Source: Faecousia sp. (GTDB lineage: Bacteria; Bacillota; Clostridia; Oscillospirales; Oscillospiraceae). From it: a stretch of 56,134 nucleotides of DNA. This document shows positions 28,453 through 38,072 of the stretch, piece after piece. A model generated the notes under the pieces. That model searched no databases. It worked only from the letters and a program-made list of their open reading frames with translations, and was not told the DNA's origin. A program made the position numbers and the translations under genes. The stretch covers positions 1 through 56,134 of the forward strand of contig JAZQWQ010000108.1 in NCBI GenBank assembly GCA_045632385.1, given 5' to 3'. How positions within the stretch are numbered: position 1 is the stretch's first letter; the number at the start of each line of letters is the position of its first letter.

Positions 28453-28950
28453 ATGAGTTTTTGGGACAATGTTAAGAAATTTGCCCAGCCCTATTCCGAT
28501 GATGAGTACGATGATTATGATGACGAGATGGAAGAAATGGAAACTGAGGCTCAGCCTGCATCACGCGGTCGTCGCCCCTCTCCTTTCGCTTCTGATATTT
28601 CTGAATCTTCAAACGTTTCTTCTTCCGCAAGTACAGCTCCCTCCTTCTCCGGTCAGGTCCTGAATATGGGCTCCGGCAAACAGGAAGTTGTTCTGTTCCA
28701 CGCTAAGTCCTTTGACGACACCGCCAAAGCTGCTGATGAACTGCGCAGAAAGAAAGCTGTTATTTTGAATATGGAAAATGTAGATAAGGCTCTGACTCGC
28801 CGTGTTGTGGACTTCCTCTCCGGAAGTGTTTATGCGCTGGACGGCAGTGTCAAGAAGATCGCGCAGTCTACTTACCTGTTCTGCCCTCACAATATGGACG
28901 TTGTGGGTGACCTGGAAAATGTCCAGAATGAAATCGAAAGCTATCTGTAA
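28453..28950 (+). CDS. sepF: Cell division protein SepF
   Basis: Amphipathic N-terminus, acidic linker, VILN.E...RRVVDFLSGSVYALDG. Confidence 0.95.
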   Translation: MSFWDNVKKFAQPYSDDEYDDYDDEMEEMETEAQPASRGRRPSPFASDISESSNVSSSASTAPSFSGQVLNMGSGKQEVVLFHAKSFDDTAKAADELRRKKAVILNMENVDKALTRRVVDFLSGSVYALDGSVKKIAQSTYLFCPHNMDVVGDLENVQNEIESYL

Positions 28951-28974
28951 TTAAAAGAAAAAAGAGGAAACACT

Positions 28975-29649
28975 ATGTTTACACCCCAACAAATCGACCA
29001 GATTTCCTTTAATCGCGTTGCCTTCGGTGGCTATGATATGCAGGGTGTTGATGAATTTTTAGAGCCCCTTACCGAAGACTACGTGACTTTATACAAGGAA
29101 AACGCACTGCTGAAAAGCAAAATGAAGGTTTTGGTCGGCAAGCTGGAAGAATATCGTAAGAACGAAGCCAGCATGAAAGATGCCATTGTTAACGCGCAAA
29201 AAACCTGCGATATGATGGTCAAAGAGGCAGAAGCGAAGTGCACTCAGATTTTAACAGAAGCCAACGCTGCCGCTATTGAAAATGCGAAAAACGCTGATGC
29301 TTTAATTGCTGCGGAAAACGCCCGGGTTGATGAAGCCCGTCAGGTTGCTGCCAAGAAGATTACGGAACTGCAGGATCAAATCAATGCTTGTGTTCAAGCT
29401 CTGGAGCGCATCAAGGAAGCAAATCGTCCCTCCCCTGCTGCTGAACACGCTGCATTTGATTTTGAGCGAAGCGATAGCAAACAGGATGCTGTGGCGGATG
29501 AAATTGCTGCCAACCTGGAAGCTTTAGTCGGAACAACGGAAGACAATGCTCCCAAAGCCGAACCAAAGCATCCTACCGCTGAAACCACAACCAGCAAATT
29601 CTCCAATCTGCAGTTTGGTCGGAATTATGATCCTACTGCTGCAAAATAA
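28975..29649 (+). CDS. divIVA: DivIVA domain protein
   Basis: TPQQI...F....GGYDM..VDEFL N-terminal motif plus coiled coil; upstream of ileS. Confidence 0.92.
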   Translation: MFTPQQIDQISFNRVAFGGYDMQGVDEFLEPLTEDYVTLYKENALLKSKMKVLVGKLEEYRKNEASMKDAIVNAQKTCDMMVKEAEAKCTQILTEANAAAIENAKNADALIAAENARVDEARQVAAKKITELQDQINACVQALERIKEANRPSPAAEHAAFDFERSDSKQDAVADEIAANLEALVGTTEDNAPKAEPKHPTAETTTSKFSNLQFGRNYDPTAAK

Positions 29650-29652
29650 ACA

Positions 29653-29889
29653 AGCTATGACAAGGACAAGCCAGTCTGTAACTGCTTTATAGAGAGCTGC
29701 CGTTTGGTGCAAGGCAGCAGGCAGGCAGATACGGTATCCCCTTGGAGCTGTGTACCGAACCAAAGTAGGCTACACCGGGAGCGCCCGATATTGCGCAACA
29801 CAAGTGCCGGGAAACCGGAACGAGAGTGGTACCGCAGAGGTAACTGACGCCTTTGTCTCTTGAAAAGGAGGCAAAGGCGTTTATTTTTT
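29653..29889 (+). promoter_or_regulatory. T-box riboswitch (Ile specifier)
   Basis: Stem I with AGAGA (29691) and GGTGCAA loop motifs; ATC specifier at 29736-29738; AGTA stem II; T-box GAGTGGTACCGC (29824-29835); terminator 29846-29889. Confidence 0.93.
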
Positions 29890-29913
29890 AATTATATTTG
29901 GAGGTAAGAACCA

Positions 29914-32703
29914 ATGGATTATAAAAATACCATTATCACCCCGAAAACGGACTTTCCTATGAAGGCCGGTCTGCCTGCCCGGGAGCCGGGTATGCTGGAG
30001 CGCTGGAACGAGCAGGATCTGTACCGCTTGATGCTGGAGAAGAACCAGGGCAAGACGCCCTTTGTTCTTCACGACGGCCCTCCCTTCTCCAACGGTTACA
30101 TTCATATGGGTCACGCGCTGAACAAAACCCTGAAGGACTTTATCGTCCGTAGCCACGCAATGATGGGTTATTATACCCCTTATGTCCCCGGCTGGGACAA
30201 CCACGGTCTTCCCATTGAGCGTGCAATTGAAACTTCCAAAAAGAAACTGAACAGGGATATGTCTGTTCCGGAATTCCGTGACGCTTGTGAAGAATTCGCT
30301 CAAGACTTCATCAACAAGCAAAGAGAAGGTTTCCGTCGTTTGGGCGTTGTTGGCGATTGGGAAAATCCCTACCGCACGATGGATAAGCACTTTGAAGCAC
30401 AGGAAGTCAAGGTCTTTGGCCGGATGTTCGATAAGGGCTATATCTACAAAGGCTTGAAGCCGGTTACCTGGTGTCCTGCTTGCGCAACTGCTGTGGCAGA
30501 AGCGGACATTGAGTACAAGGACGATCCTTGTACCTCTGTATATGTGAAATTCCAGGTCAAAGACGATCTGGGTAAGCTGGCAGGCTTTGACCTGAATAAG
30601 ACTTATTTTGTGATCTGGACTACTACCATCTGGACGCTCCCCGGCAATATGGCTATCTGCCTGCACCCCAGAGATTCCTATGTACTGGTCAAGGCTGATA
30701 ACTGTGAGACCTATATCATGGCTGAAGCCCTGATGGAAAAGACTATGAAGCAGGGTGGCTTCGAGAATTACGAAGTCCTCGCCACCTACCCCGGCGCATT
30801 CTTTGAAAATATGCTGGCGCAGCATCCCTTCCTGGACAAGACCTCTCGCCTGGTTTGGGCTGAGTATGTTACGATGGATTCCGGTACCGGCTGTGTCCAC
30901 ACTGCTCCTGGTTTCGGCGCGGATGACTATCAGACCTGTATGCGTTACGGTATGGATTTGGTTGTGCCTGTGGATGACTACGGCCGTCACACCGACTATG
31001 CCGGCAAGTATGAGGGTATGAAGACCGAAGAGTCTAACCCTGTTATTTTAGAGGATATGAAGCAAAGCGGCGCGCTGTTTGCTGCCGAGGAGATTGTTCA
31101 CTCCTATCCCCACCACGATCGTTGTAAGAAGCCGGTCATCTTCCGTGCAACACCTCAGTGGTTCTGTTCTGTGGAATCCTTTAAAGAGCAGGCAATTTCC
31201 GCTATCCAAAATGTGCAGTGGTTCCCTGCCTGGGGTGGTGAGAGAATGGTTAGTATGATTAAAGAGCGTGCTGACTGGTGTATCTCCCGCCAGCGCCGCT
31301 GGGGTCTGCCCATCCCTGTTTTCTATTGTAAGGATTGCGGCAAGCCTGTTTCTACACCTGCTTCTATCGAGAAGATTTCCAATCTGTTTGACGAATTCGG
31401 TTCTAACATTTGGTTCAAGAAAGAAGCAATGGAGCTGGTTCCCGAAGGCTTTACCTGCCCCCACTGTGGCGGCACAGCCTTTGAAAAGGAAACGGACACT
31501 TTGGACTGCTGGTTCGACTCCGGTTCTACCCATTACGCTTCCCTGATGAAAGACACTCCGGAACTGTGGCCTGCTGATGTATATCTGGAAGGTGCTGACC
31601 AGTACCGTGGTTGGTTCCAGTCTTCCCTGCTCACCTCTGTAGGTGCGCTGGATCAGGGTGCGCCTTTCAAGCAGGTTCTGACCCACGGTTGGACTGTCGA
31701 CGGTCAGGGTCGTGCAATGCACAAGAGCTTGGGCAACGGTGTTGATCCTGCTGACCTGATTAAGGACTTTGGTGCGGATATTGTACGTCTGTGGGCAGCC
31801 TCTTCTGACTACCACGCAGATGTCCGCTGCTCCAAAGAAATCTTCAAGCAGATCGCACAGAACTACCTGAAGTTCCGTAACACAGCCCGTTACTGCTTGG
31901 GCAACCTGGCAGATTTTGATGCCAACGATCTGATTGCTGCAGAAGATCTGGAAGAACTGGATAAGTGGGCATTGACCAAGCTGAACAGCCTGATTGCTGC
32001 CTGCCGTAAGTCCTACAATAATTACGAGTTCCATATGGTATCTCACGCAATCAACGATTTCTGCGTTGTGGAACTCTCCTCTTTCTATTTGGATATCATT
32101 AAAGATCGTCTGTACTGTGAAGAAAAGGACGGCTTGCGCCGTCGCAGCGCGCAAACTGCCATCTTCCTGATCGTAGATGCACTGGCAAAGCTGTTCGCGC
32201 CCATTTTGGCATTTACCTGTGATGAAATTTGGCAGGCAATGCCCCACCGCAATGGTGACGACGACAGAAATATTCTGTTAAACCAGATGCCCGAAAACTA
32301 TGACGCATACTGTTTGGATGCTACTACCATGGACAAATGGACAACGGTTATGAAACTACGTCAGGATGTCAACGGTGTCCTGGAGCTGGCTCGTGCTGAC
32401 AAGCGTATCGGTAAGGCTTTGGAGGCTCACATCAGTCTGCAGACTGAAGATGCTGCTTTGTTGGATGCTTGTAAGGACCTGAACCTGGCTGAGATCTGCA
32501 TTGTTTCCTCCTGCGACTGGGAAACTGTAGCAGAAGGCGCAACCACAGGAGTTGGTGAAAACCTGCCTCAGCTGACTGTAGGCGTCACAGAGGCTCGTGG
32601 TGAGAAGTGTCCTCGTTGTTGGATGCACTCCGTTCTTGCTAATGCAGAGGGCCTGTGTCCCCGCTGTGCAAAAGTAATCAGCACACTGGATATCGAAATC
32701 TAA
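29914..32703 (+). CDS. ileS: Isoleucine--tRNA ligase (type 1)
   Basis: LHDGPP, HMGH, WTTTIWTLP, WCISRQR, EGADQYRGWF, AMHKS (KMSKS variant) and C-terminal CPRC..CPRC zinc finger. Confidence 0.98.
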   Translation: MDYKNTIITPKTDFPMKAGLPAREPGMLERWNEQDLYRLMLEKNQGKTPFVLHDGPPFSNGYIHMGHALNKTLKDFIVRSHAMMGYYTPYVPGWDNHGLPIERAIETSKKKLNRDMSVPEFRDACEEFAQDFINKQREGFRRLGVVGDWENPYRTMDKHFEAQEVKVFGRMFDKGYIYKGLKPVTWCPACATAVAEADIEYKDDPCTSVYVKFQVKDDLGKLAGFDLNKTYFVIWTTTIWTLPGNMAICLHPRDSYVLVKADNCETYIMAEALMEKTMKQGGFENYEVLATYPGAFFENMLAQHPFLDKTSRLVWAEYVTMDSGTGCVHTAPGFGADDYQTCMRYGMDLVVPVDDYGRHTDYAGKYEGMKTEESNPVILEDMKQSGALFAAEEIVHSYPHHDRCKKPVIFRATPQWFCSVESFKEQAISAIQNVQWFPAWGGERMVSMIKERADWCISRQRRWGLPIPVFYCKDCGKPVSTPASIEKISNLFDEFGSNIWFKKEAMELVPEGFTCPHCGGTAFEKETDTLDCWFDSGSTHYASLMKDTPELWPADVYLEGADQYRGWFQSSLLTSVGALDQGAPFKQVLTHGWTVDGQGRAMHKSLGNGVDPADLIKDFGADIVRLWAASSDYHADVRCSKEIFKQIAQNYLKFRNTARYCLGNLADFDANDLIAAEDLEELDKWALTKLNSLIAACRKSYNNYEFHMVSHAINDFCVVELSSFYLDIIKDRLYCEEKDGLRRRSAQTAIFLIVDALAKLFAPILAFTCDEIWQAMPHRNGDDDRNILLNQMPENYDAYCLDATTMDKWTTVMKLRQDVNGVLELARADKRIGKALEAHISLQTEDAALLDACKDLNLAEICIVSSCDWETVAEGATTGVGENLPQLTVGVTEARGEKCPRCWMHSVLANAEGLCPRCAKVISTLDIEI

Positions 32704-32744
32704 ACACAAAAAAACTCCCGCCTGATGGCGGGAGTTTTTTGTGT
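32704..32744. terminator. Bidirectional terminator between ileS and GH3
   Basis: aaaaaactcccgcc-tgat-ggcgggagtttttt. Confidence 0.9.
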
Positions 32745-34375
32745 CAATTAACTTCATATTGTTTCCGGTCTGGGAACAGAGAAACAGGAGATTTTCCGGC
32801 GAAGGTGAAATCGCCTAAAATTCCATCAACCACAGCTGTCATTGCACATTTATCTGCGGAATAAGTATTGATATACATATCGCAGTTTTCAAAATAGTTA
32901 TAATAAACAGAGGGGTGGCCAAAGGAGATCACAACAGATTTTTCTGCGCCATAACTCATAGAATGGAACAGTTGCACAAGTTCCGGTCGGTCAAAGAACG
33001 GCATACCTTGCGCAAAACCAGACTTGATCTGACAGGCATAAATAATAATATCATTTTCAGCATCCAGTTGTTCCAGAATTTTGCTATTAAACTTTTCGAC
33101 GATCGTCGCTTCTATACCGTGCTTAGCAAAAGCTTCTACCATAACAGGCAGACTTTGCTTAAAATCTTCCATAGAAGATAGCGTTAAAATGGCAACTTTC
33201 TTTACCTTTTGGGCATCAAAAGGAATTGCGCCATTATGATTTGTCACCAAGGTCTGCGCTGATTTTGCCAGTTCGTAAAGAACTCTTTCAAAATCAGCAT
33301 TCTCTTCATCGGTTAGCGGGTTCAGAGAAAGGGGTGCTTCAAAAAGACCTAATTTTTCCTTCAGATCCAAAACGCGAGTTACCCGTTCATCAATCTGCTC
33401 CATTGTAATACGGCCCGCGTTATAGGCCTTTTCCATCACGTCAATGTAGTCATTGTGGACAAAGAGGATAATATCGTGACCGGCCAAAAAACTTTCGATA
33501 TATACATCATCGTGATCAAAAGCTGCTGACATGCCTTTCATATTGACAGCATCAGTATAAAGCACACCATTAAAGCCGATCTCATTACGAAGAATATCCA
33601 TAATTGGTTTGGAAGCCGTTGCGGGTCTGCGAACCTTGCCTCTGGCAAAGCGAGGATCCATAGACGGCCACGCACCATGCGATGACATCACACTCATAAC
33701 GCCATCTTTTACTGCAGACTTATAAATATTAAAGTTCTTTGCATACCACTCATCAATATTTTTATCGGCGCAGCACAAGCTAAAGTGGGAATCCCGATAA
33801 TCATTAGCAGGACCGGGGTAATGTTTCATACAAGCTGCAATTCCGGCATCCTGAACACCTTTGATCAAAGCGGTCTGAACCTCAGCGATTACCTTCCAGT
33901 CATCAGAAATTCTGCGCACGACACCAGGCGTAAAGAAGTTTGCAACAATATCATTCACCGGGCCAAATACGTTATTCACACCGAAGGAGCGAAGCTCTCT
34001 TGCCCAGTAATAAGCTCTTTTATAGATAAGTTCCAGATTTCTGGATGCGCCCATTTCCATATTTGTGCCCGCAGCATGGAGGCAGTCAAATAATCCGTTC
34101 GCACCAAATTCATAGTCACCAGTGACAAGCATAGGAACACTTGCAGCATTGCTCATAGAATGAACTGCGTAGCCCATTTCTTCCGGAGTTGCGTAAGATG
34201 TTCCATCCGGCTTACAAAAGGCTTCTGAAATCCAAATGCCACTAAACGGATACTTTTGAATATAGGCCTCATAACTGCCACAAGCTGTGGCGCCGACCCT
34301 CAATTCCGACGGGGAAGGCATGCCAGTCTGTCCTAACTTCTCACGTAAAGACATCTTTGACAACACGGGTCTCAT
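32744..34375 (-). CDS. Glycoside hydrolase family 3 (NagZ-like, two-domain, cytoplasmic)
   Basis: MSLREKLGQ, DYEFG, KHYPG...DSH and YTDAVNM nucleophile; no signal peptide; AAAGGAG RBS. Confidence 0.9.
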   Translation of the reverse strand: MRPVLSKMSLREKLGQTGMPSPSELRVGATACGSYEAYIQKYPFSGIWISEAFCKPDGTSYATPEEMGYAVHSMSNAASVPMLVTGDYEFGANGLFDCLHAAGTNMEMGASRNLELIYKRAYYWARELRSFGVNNVFGPVNDIVANFFTPGVVRRISDDWKVIAEVQTALIKGVQDAGIAACMKHYPGPANDYRDSHFSLCCADKNIDEWYAKNFNIYKSAVKDGVMSVMSSHGAWPSMDPRFARGKVRRPATASKPIMDILRNEIGFNGVLYTDAVNMKGMSAAFDHDDVYIESFLAGHDIILFVHNDYIDVMEKAYNAGRITMEQIDERVTRVLDLKEKLGLFEAPLSLNPLTDEENADFERVLYELAKSAQTLVTNHNGAIPFDAQKVKKVAILTLSSMEDFKQSLPVMVEAFAKHGIEATIVEKFNSKILEQLDAENDIIIYACQIKSGFAQGMPFFDRPELVQLFHSMSYGAEKSVVISFGHPSVYYNYFENCDMYINTYSADKCAMTAVVDGILGDFTFAGKSPVSLFPDRKQYEVN

Positions 34376-34507
34376 AGTAAATCTCCTTTCATAGTCGGCA
34401 ATTGATGCCCACACCAGGAATTATAGCAGAAATAGGAACGATAAAAAGCCCATTAGTTTGCATATTATACCGAATTATTCTCAGAAGCCATTGCTTTGAA
34501 TATTATA

Positions 34508-35779
34508 TTATTTGGATGCAATTTCTTTTTTGGAGGCAGTGATGGCAAGATGCATAATTGCTGCAGCCACGACCATCAAAACGCAGGAAATATACAACGC
34601 AGGATTATATGTACCAAATATATCAAAACATAGGTTTGCCACAGGAGCGCCGACAGCATAACCTGCCGTGTTTACAGAAACGATAATGCCAAGCGCCTTA
34701 TTGTAGGCACGTTCGCCGAACAAATCGCCAGCAAAAATAGGCAGCATAATGGTTTCCAGCGGAAGCGCTATCGCGCAAACAGGCGCATAGAACAGCGCCA
34801 GAAATTTTCCCATCGCAGAATTTGTCACGAGGGAAAGCGCAATCATAGCAAGAATCGATGCGCTGAAGCAAATTGTCACCGTTGTACGCAATCCGCGTTT
34901 GTCATAAAAAAAGCCAACACCAAATTTAGAAAAAGTAAGGGATAAGGAGCTAACGCTCAATACTGTTGCAGCAAAGCCTTCATCCAGACCAACATCTGTC
35001 AAAAGCGGAGTCGCAATACCATATACGCCCTGCAAAACCATGCCGCTTACAAAAATGCAAAACATTGCAGCATAAAAATAAGGTCTTTTCAGTATTTCTG
35101 CAAATGGCAGCCCGGTCAATTCTTTCGTTGCAGGAACATCGCCTTTGTTCTTTGCAATCTCTTGCGCAGCATCCTTAGGCTCATTTCGAAAAAAGGAAAC
35201 AACCAAAATGCCCACAGCAAGAAGGATCAACGCGGTCAGACGGTATGCATTCTGATAACCATATTTGGTGGTGCTGTCGTGGATAATTGGTGTCATAACC
35301 TGAATGGCGAGCATCGCGCCAAGACCGTTGGCCGCCAGGATCGCGCCCATAATCGTGCCTTTCTTTTCCCGGAACCATTTTCCAATCACAGAACCCACAA
35401 TGGTAGTCGTTGTCCAGGAAAGGCCTACTCCCAAGAATACACCGCCCAAATAAAACACAAAAACATTCGTTCCCACAGAATACAACAGGCAAGAAATGAT
35501 CAGGCAAATAAAACCGGCACCAATCAGCTTTCTTGCACCAAATTTTGCAATCAGAAGGCCAAAAAACAGATTGACGATTGCGGTTGAAATATAGCGGCAG
35601 CTATCGTTGATAGAGAATGCACCGCGGGAAATTCCCAACGCTTCTGTTACCGGAGAAATATACAAGCTTTTTGCGGAACTGCAAAAACCCAGCACGGTAA
35701 ACACCATCAAAAAGGATACCGCCGCAACAACCCATTTATATTCCAGTTTCTTATTTGGTTTTATCTGTGTTTCTTCCAT
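34508..35779 (-). CDS. MFS transporter
   Basis: About 12 TMs; G.L..KFG.RK and G..YDKRG.R loop motifs. Confidence 0.9.
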   Translation of the reverse strand: MEETQIKPNKKLEYKWVVAAVSFLMVFTVLGFCSSAKSLYISPVTEALGISRGAFSINDSCRYISTAIVNLFFGLLIAKFGARKLIGAGFICLIISCLLYSVGTNVFVFYLGGVFLGVGLSWTTTTIVGSVIGKWFREKKGTIMGAILAANGLGAMLAIQVMTPIIHDSTTKYGYQNAYRLTALILLAVGILVVSFFRNEPKDAAQEIAKNKGDVPATKELTGLPFAEILKRPYFYAAMFCIFVSGMVLQGVYGIATPLLTDVGLDEGFAATVLSVSSLSLTFSKFGVGFFYDKRGLRTTVTICFSASILAMIALSLVTNSAMGKFLALFYAPVCAIALPLETIMLPIFAGDLFGERAYNKALGIIVSVNTAGYAVGAPVANLCFDIFGTYNPALYISCVLMVVAAAIMHLAITASKKEIASK

Positions 35780-35875
35780 ATTCTCACGCTTTCTAAAGAG
35801 TAATTTCTTTCCAATATGACATTTATTATAACGCATTGGGATTTGAGAATCAATACATATGCGCTTAAAATACAA

Positions 35876-35903
35876 GAAAAAGACCAGCCAATCAGGCCGG
35901 TCT
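35876..35903 (-). terminator. Terminator after MBL-fold gene
   Basis: Minus strand agaccggcc-tgatt-ggctggtct followed by T-run. Confidence 0.7.
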
Positions 35904-35907
35904 GTTC

Positions 35908-36732
35908 TTATTTAATTGGATCATTCTTTTGCAAGTTTTGATAGCTCACTACGCAGCGATCCAACATACGCTTCCATTCTGTGGGATCCACAAAGGGGTT
36001 CTGCTCCTGGCCAAGACGTGACAGCTTACCAAAGGTATTGCTTTGATCCGGGTGATTGCCAAGGACAATATCCACATCCAAGTCATATAAGGCAAGGACA
36101 TTCTGAATAAAGGCATCGCGCCAGGAAGTGCCAATGTTTTTCTTCATGCTGTAGGAGCTGGACAAGGTGTTCACACCCACTCCCCCGTGCATCGCCGCTT
36201 TCAGACCTCCTGGGAGCATGAACTGTAGCGCCAAGGTTCCGGGGGTATGTCCGCCGGCATCAAAGATCGCTACCTTTGTATTGCCGAAAGTCAGAACATC
36301 ACCGGGACGTAACAATACATCCGGAACAAAATAGATGTCATAAGGTGGTTCATAATTCTGACCAAACTCTTCGTGCCAATTCAAGTCTGCTCGCTCATTG
36401 AGAAGCGGCAGATCCACCTCTGGAAAATAGGTCTTACAACCATACTTCTCAACAAGCATTCTTGTACAGCCAAAATGGTCAATATGACCATGAGAGTGCA
36501 AGATCCATTTGATATCCTTCGGGTCATAGCCGAGGCCCCGGATTGATTCCAGCAGCAAATAAGATGCTTGGGTATAAGAGGTATCCAGCAGCAACAAACC
36601 TTCTCCGGTATCAAACAAATGGCAGGAAACATCCCTATTACCTACATAGTAAAGGTTATCTGCAATCTGAAATGGCGCAACATCCCACATCCAGGGACTG
36701 CGCATAATATCATCGGCGCGAACTGTCAGCAT
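35908..36732 (-). CDS. MBL-fold hydrolase resembling subclass B3 metallo-beta-lactamases
   Basis: PFQIADNLYYVG, HGHIDH, GHTPG and GNHP; no signal peptide. Confidence 0.82.
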   Translation of the reverse strand: MLTVRADDIMRSPWMWDVAPFQIADNLYYVGNRDVSCHLFDTGEGLLLLDTSYTQASYLLLESIRGLGYDPKDIKWILHSHGHIDHFGCTRMLVEKYGCKTYFPEVDLPLLNERADLNWHEEFGQNYEPPYDIYFVPDVLLRPGDVLTFGNTKVAIFDAGGHTPGTLALQFMLPGGLKAAMHGGVGVNTLSSSYSMKKNIGTSWRDAFIQNVLALYDLDVDIVLGNHPDQSNTFGKLSRLGQEQNPFVDPTEWKRMLDRCVVSYQNLQKNDPIK

Positions 36733-36745
36733 AACTTAATCTCTT

Positions 36746-38032
36746 TCAAACCTTCTCAATAGCCTGCGCAATATCTGCAATCAGGTCTTCAGGGTTTTCC
36801 AGGCCGCAGGACAGACGGATCAAATCTGCACCAACTCCAGCTGCATCCAGTTGCTCGTCAGTCATCTGGCGATGGGTTGCACTGGCCGGGTGCAAGCAGC
36901 AGGTACGGGAATCCGCAACGTGGGTTTCAATAGAACCAAGCTGCAGATGCTTCATAAAGGTTTCTGCTGCCTTTCTGCCACCAACCAAGCCAAAGGAAAT
37001 AACACCGCAAGATCCGTTCGGCATATATTTCTGTGCTACGTTGTAATACTTATCGCCCTTCAAGCCGCAGTATATCACCCAGGCAACCTTCTTATTGCTT
37101 GCCAGGAATTCCGCAATTGCCTGGGCATTGGCGCAATGCTGCTTCATACGGAAAGGCAGACTTTCCAAACCCAAATTCAGGTAGAATGCACTCTGGGGAG
37201 ATTGAATAGAGCCAAGGTCGCGCATAAGTTGGGTAGTGCATTTGGTAATAAATGCGCCCTCTAAACCGAAGCGCTCAGTATAGGTGACACCGTGATAGCT
37301 ATCATCAGGCGTACACAATCCAGCAAACTTCTCAGGATATGCTGTCCAATCAAACTTGCCGCTGTCGACGATACAACCGCCTACAGCCACACCGTGACCG
37401 TCCATATACTTGGTTGTGGAATGGGTAACGATATCCGCACCCCATTCAATGGGACGGCAATTTACAGGTGTGGGGAACGTATTGTCAATGATCAGCGGTA
37501 CTCCGTTTGCATGGGCAACCTTGGCAAACTTCTCAATATCTAACACGTTCAGGGCAGGGTTTGCAATGGTTTCACCAAAGACCACCTTTGTATTAGGACG
37601 GAATGCCGCCTGCAGTTCTTCTTCCGTGCAGTCGGGATCAACAAAGGTTGCCTCAATTCCCATCCGCTTCATAGTTACGGAAATCAAATTAAACGTACCA
37701 CCATAAATTGCAGCAGAAGAAACGATATGGTCACCGCAGGAGCAGATATTAAACAGGGCATAAAAATTTGCAGCCTGGCCGGAACCGGTAAGCATCGCGG
37801 CTGTACCGCCCTCCAGGGCAGCGATCTTTGCTGCAACCATATCACAAGTAGGGTTCTGCAGGCGAGAATAGAAATAGCCGGAAGCCTCCAAATCAAATAG
37901 TTTACCCATATCTTCAGAGGTTGCATATTTAAAGGTTGTACTCTGAATGATCGGAATCTGACGGGGCTCACCGCTGGCAGGACTATAGCCAGCCTGGATA
38001 CATAATGTTTCAGTGTGGAGTTTCTTTTCCAT
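36746..38032 (-). CDS. metY: O-acetylhomoserine aminocarboxypropyltransferase (sulfhydrylase)
   Basis: YSRLQNPT, ETIANP, DNTF, HSTTKY PLP lysine and HPASATHRQ. Confidence 0.92.
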   Translation of the reverse strand: MEKKLHTETLCIQAGYSPASGEPRQIPIIQSTTFKYATSEDMGKLFDLEASGYFYSRLQNPTCDMVAAKIAALEGGTAAMLTGSGQAANFYALFNICSCGDHIVSSAAIYGGTFNLISVTMKRMGIEATFVDPDCTEEELQAAFRPNTKVVFGETIANPALNVLDIEKFAKVAHANGVPLIIDNTFPTPVNCRPIEWGADIVTHSTTKYMDGHGVAVGGCIVDSGKFDWTAYPEKFAGLCTPDDSYHGVTYTERFGLEGAFITKCTTQLMRDLGSIQSPQSAFYLNLGLESLPFRMKQHCANAQAIAEFLASNKKVAWVIYCGLKGDKYYNVAQKYMPNGSCGVISFGLVGGRKAAETFMKHLQLGSIETHVADSRTCCLHPASATHRQMTDEQLDAAGVGADLIRLSCGLENPEDLIADIAQAIEKV

Positions 38033-38072
38033 CTTGATCACCTCAAAATAATCTTATATGTTGGAATTTCAA

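Noticed and set aside
29524-29763. 79-aa minus-strand ORF over the divIVA end
   Set aside because: The region is explained by divIVA and the T-box leader.
29881-32247. Long antisense ORFs (369 aa and 399 aa) opposite ileS
   Set aside because: Shadow frames produced by strong codon bias in ileS; no RBS or recognisable motifs.
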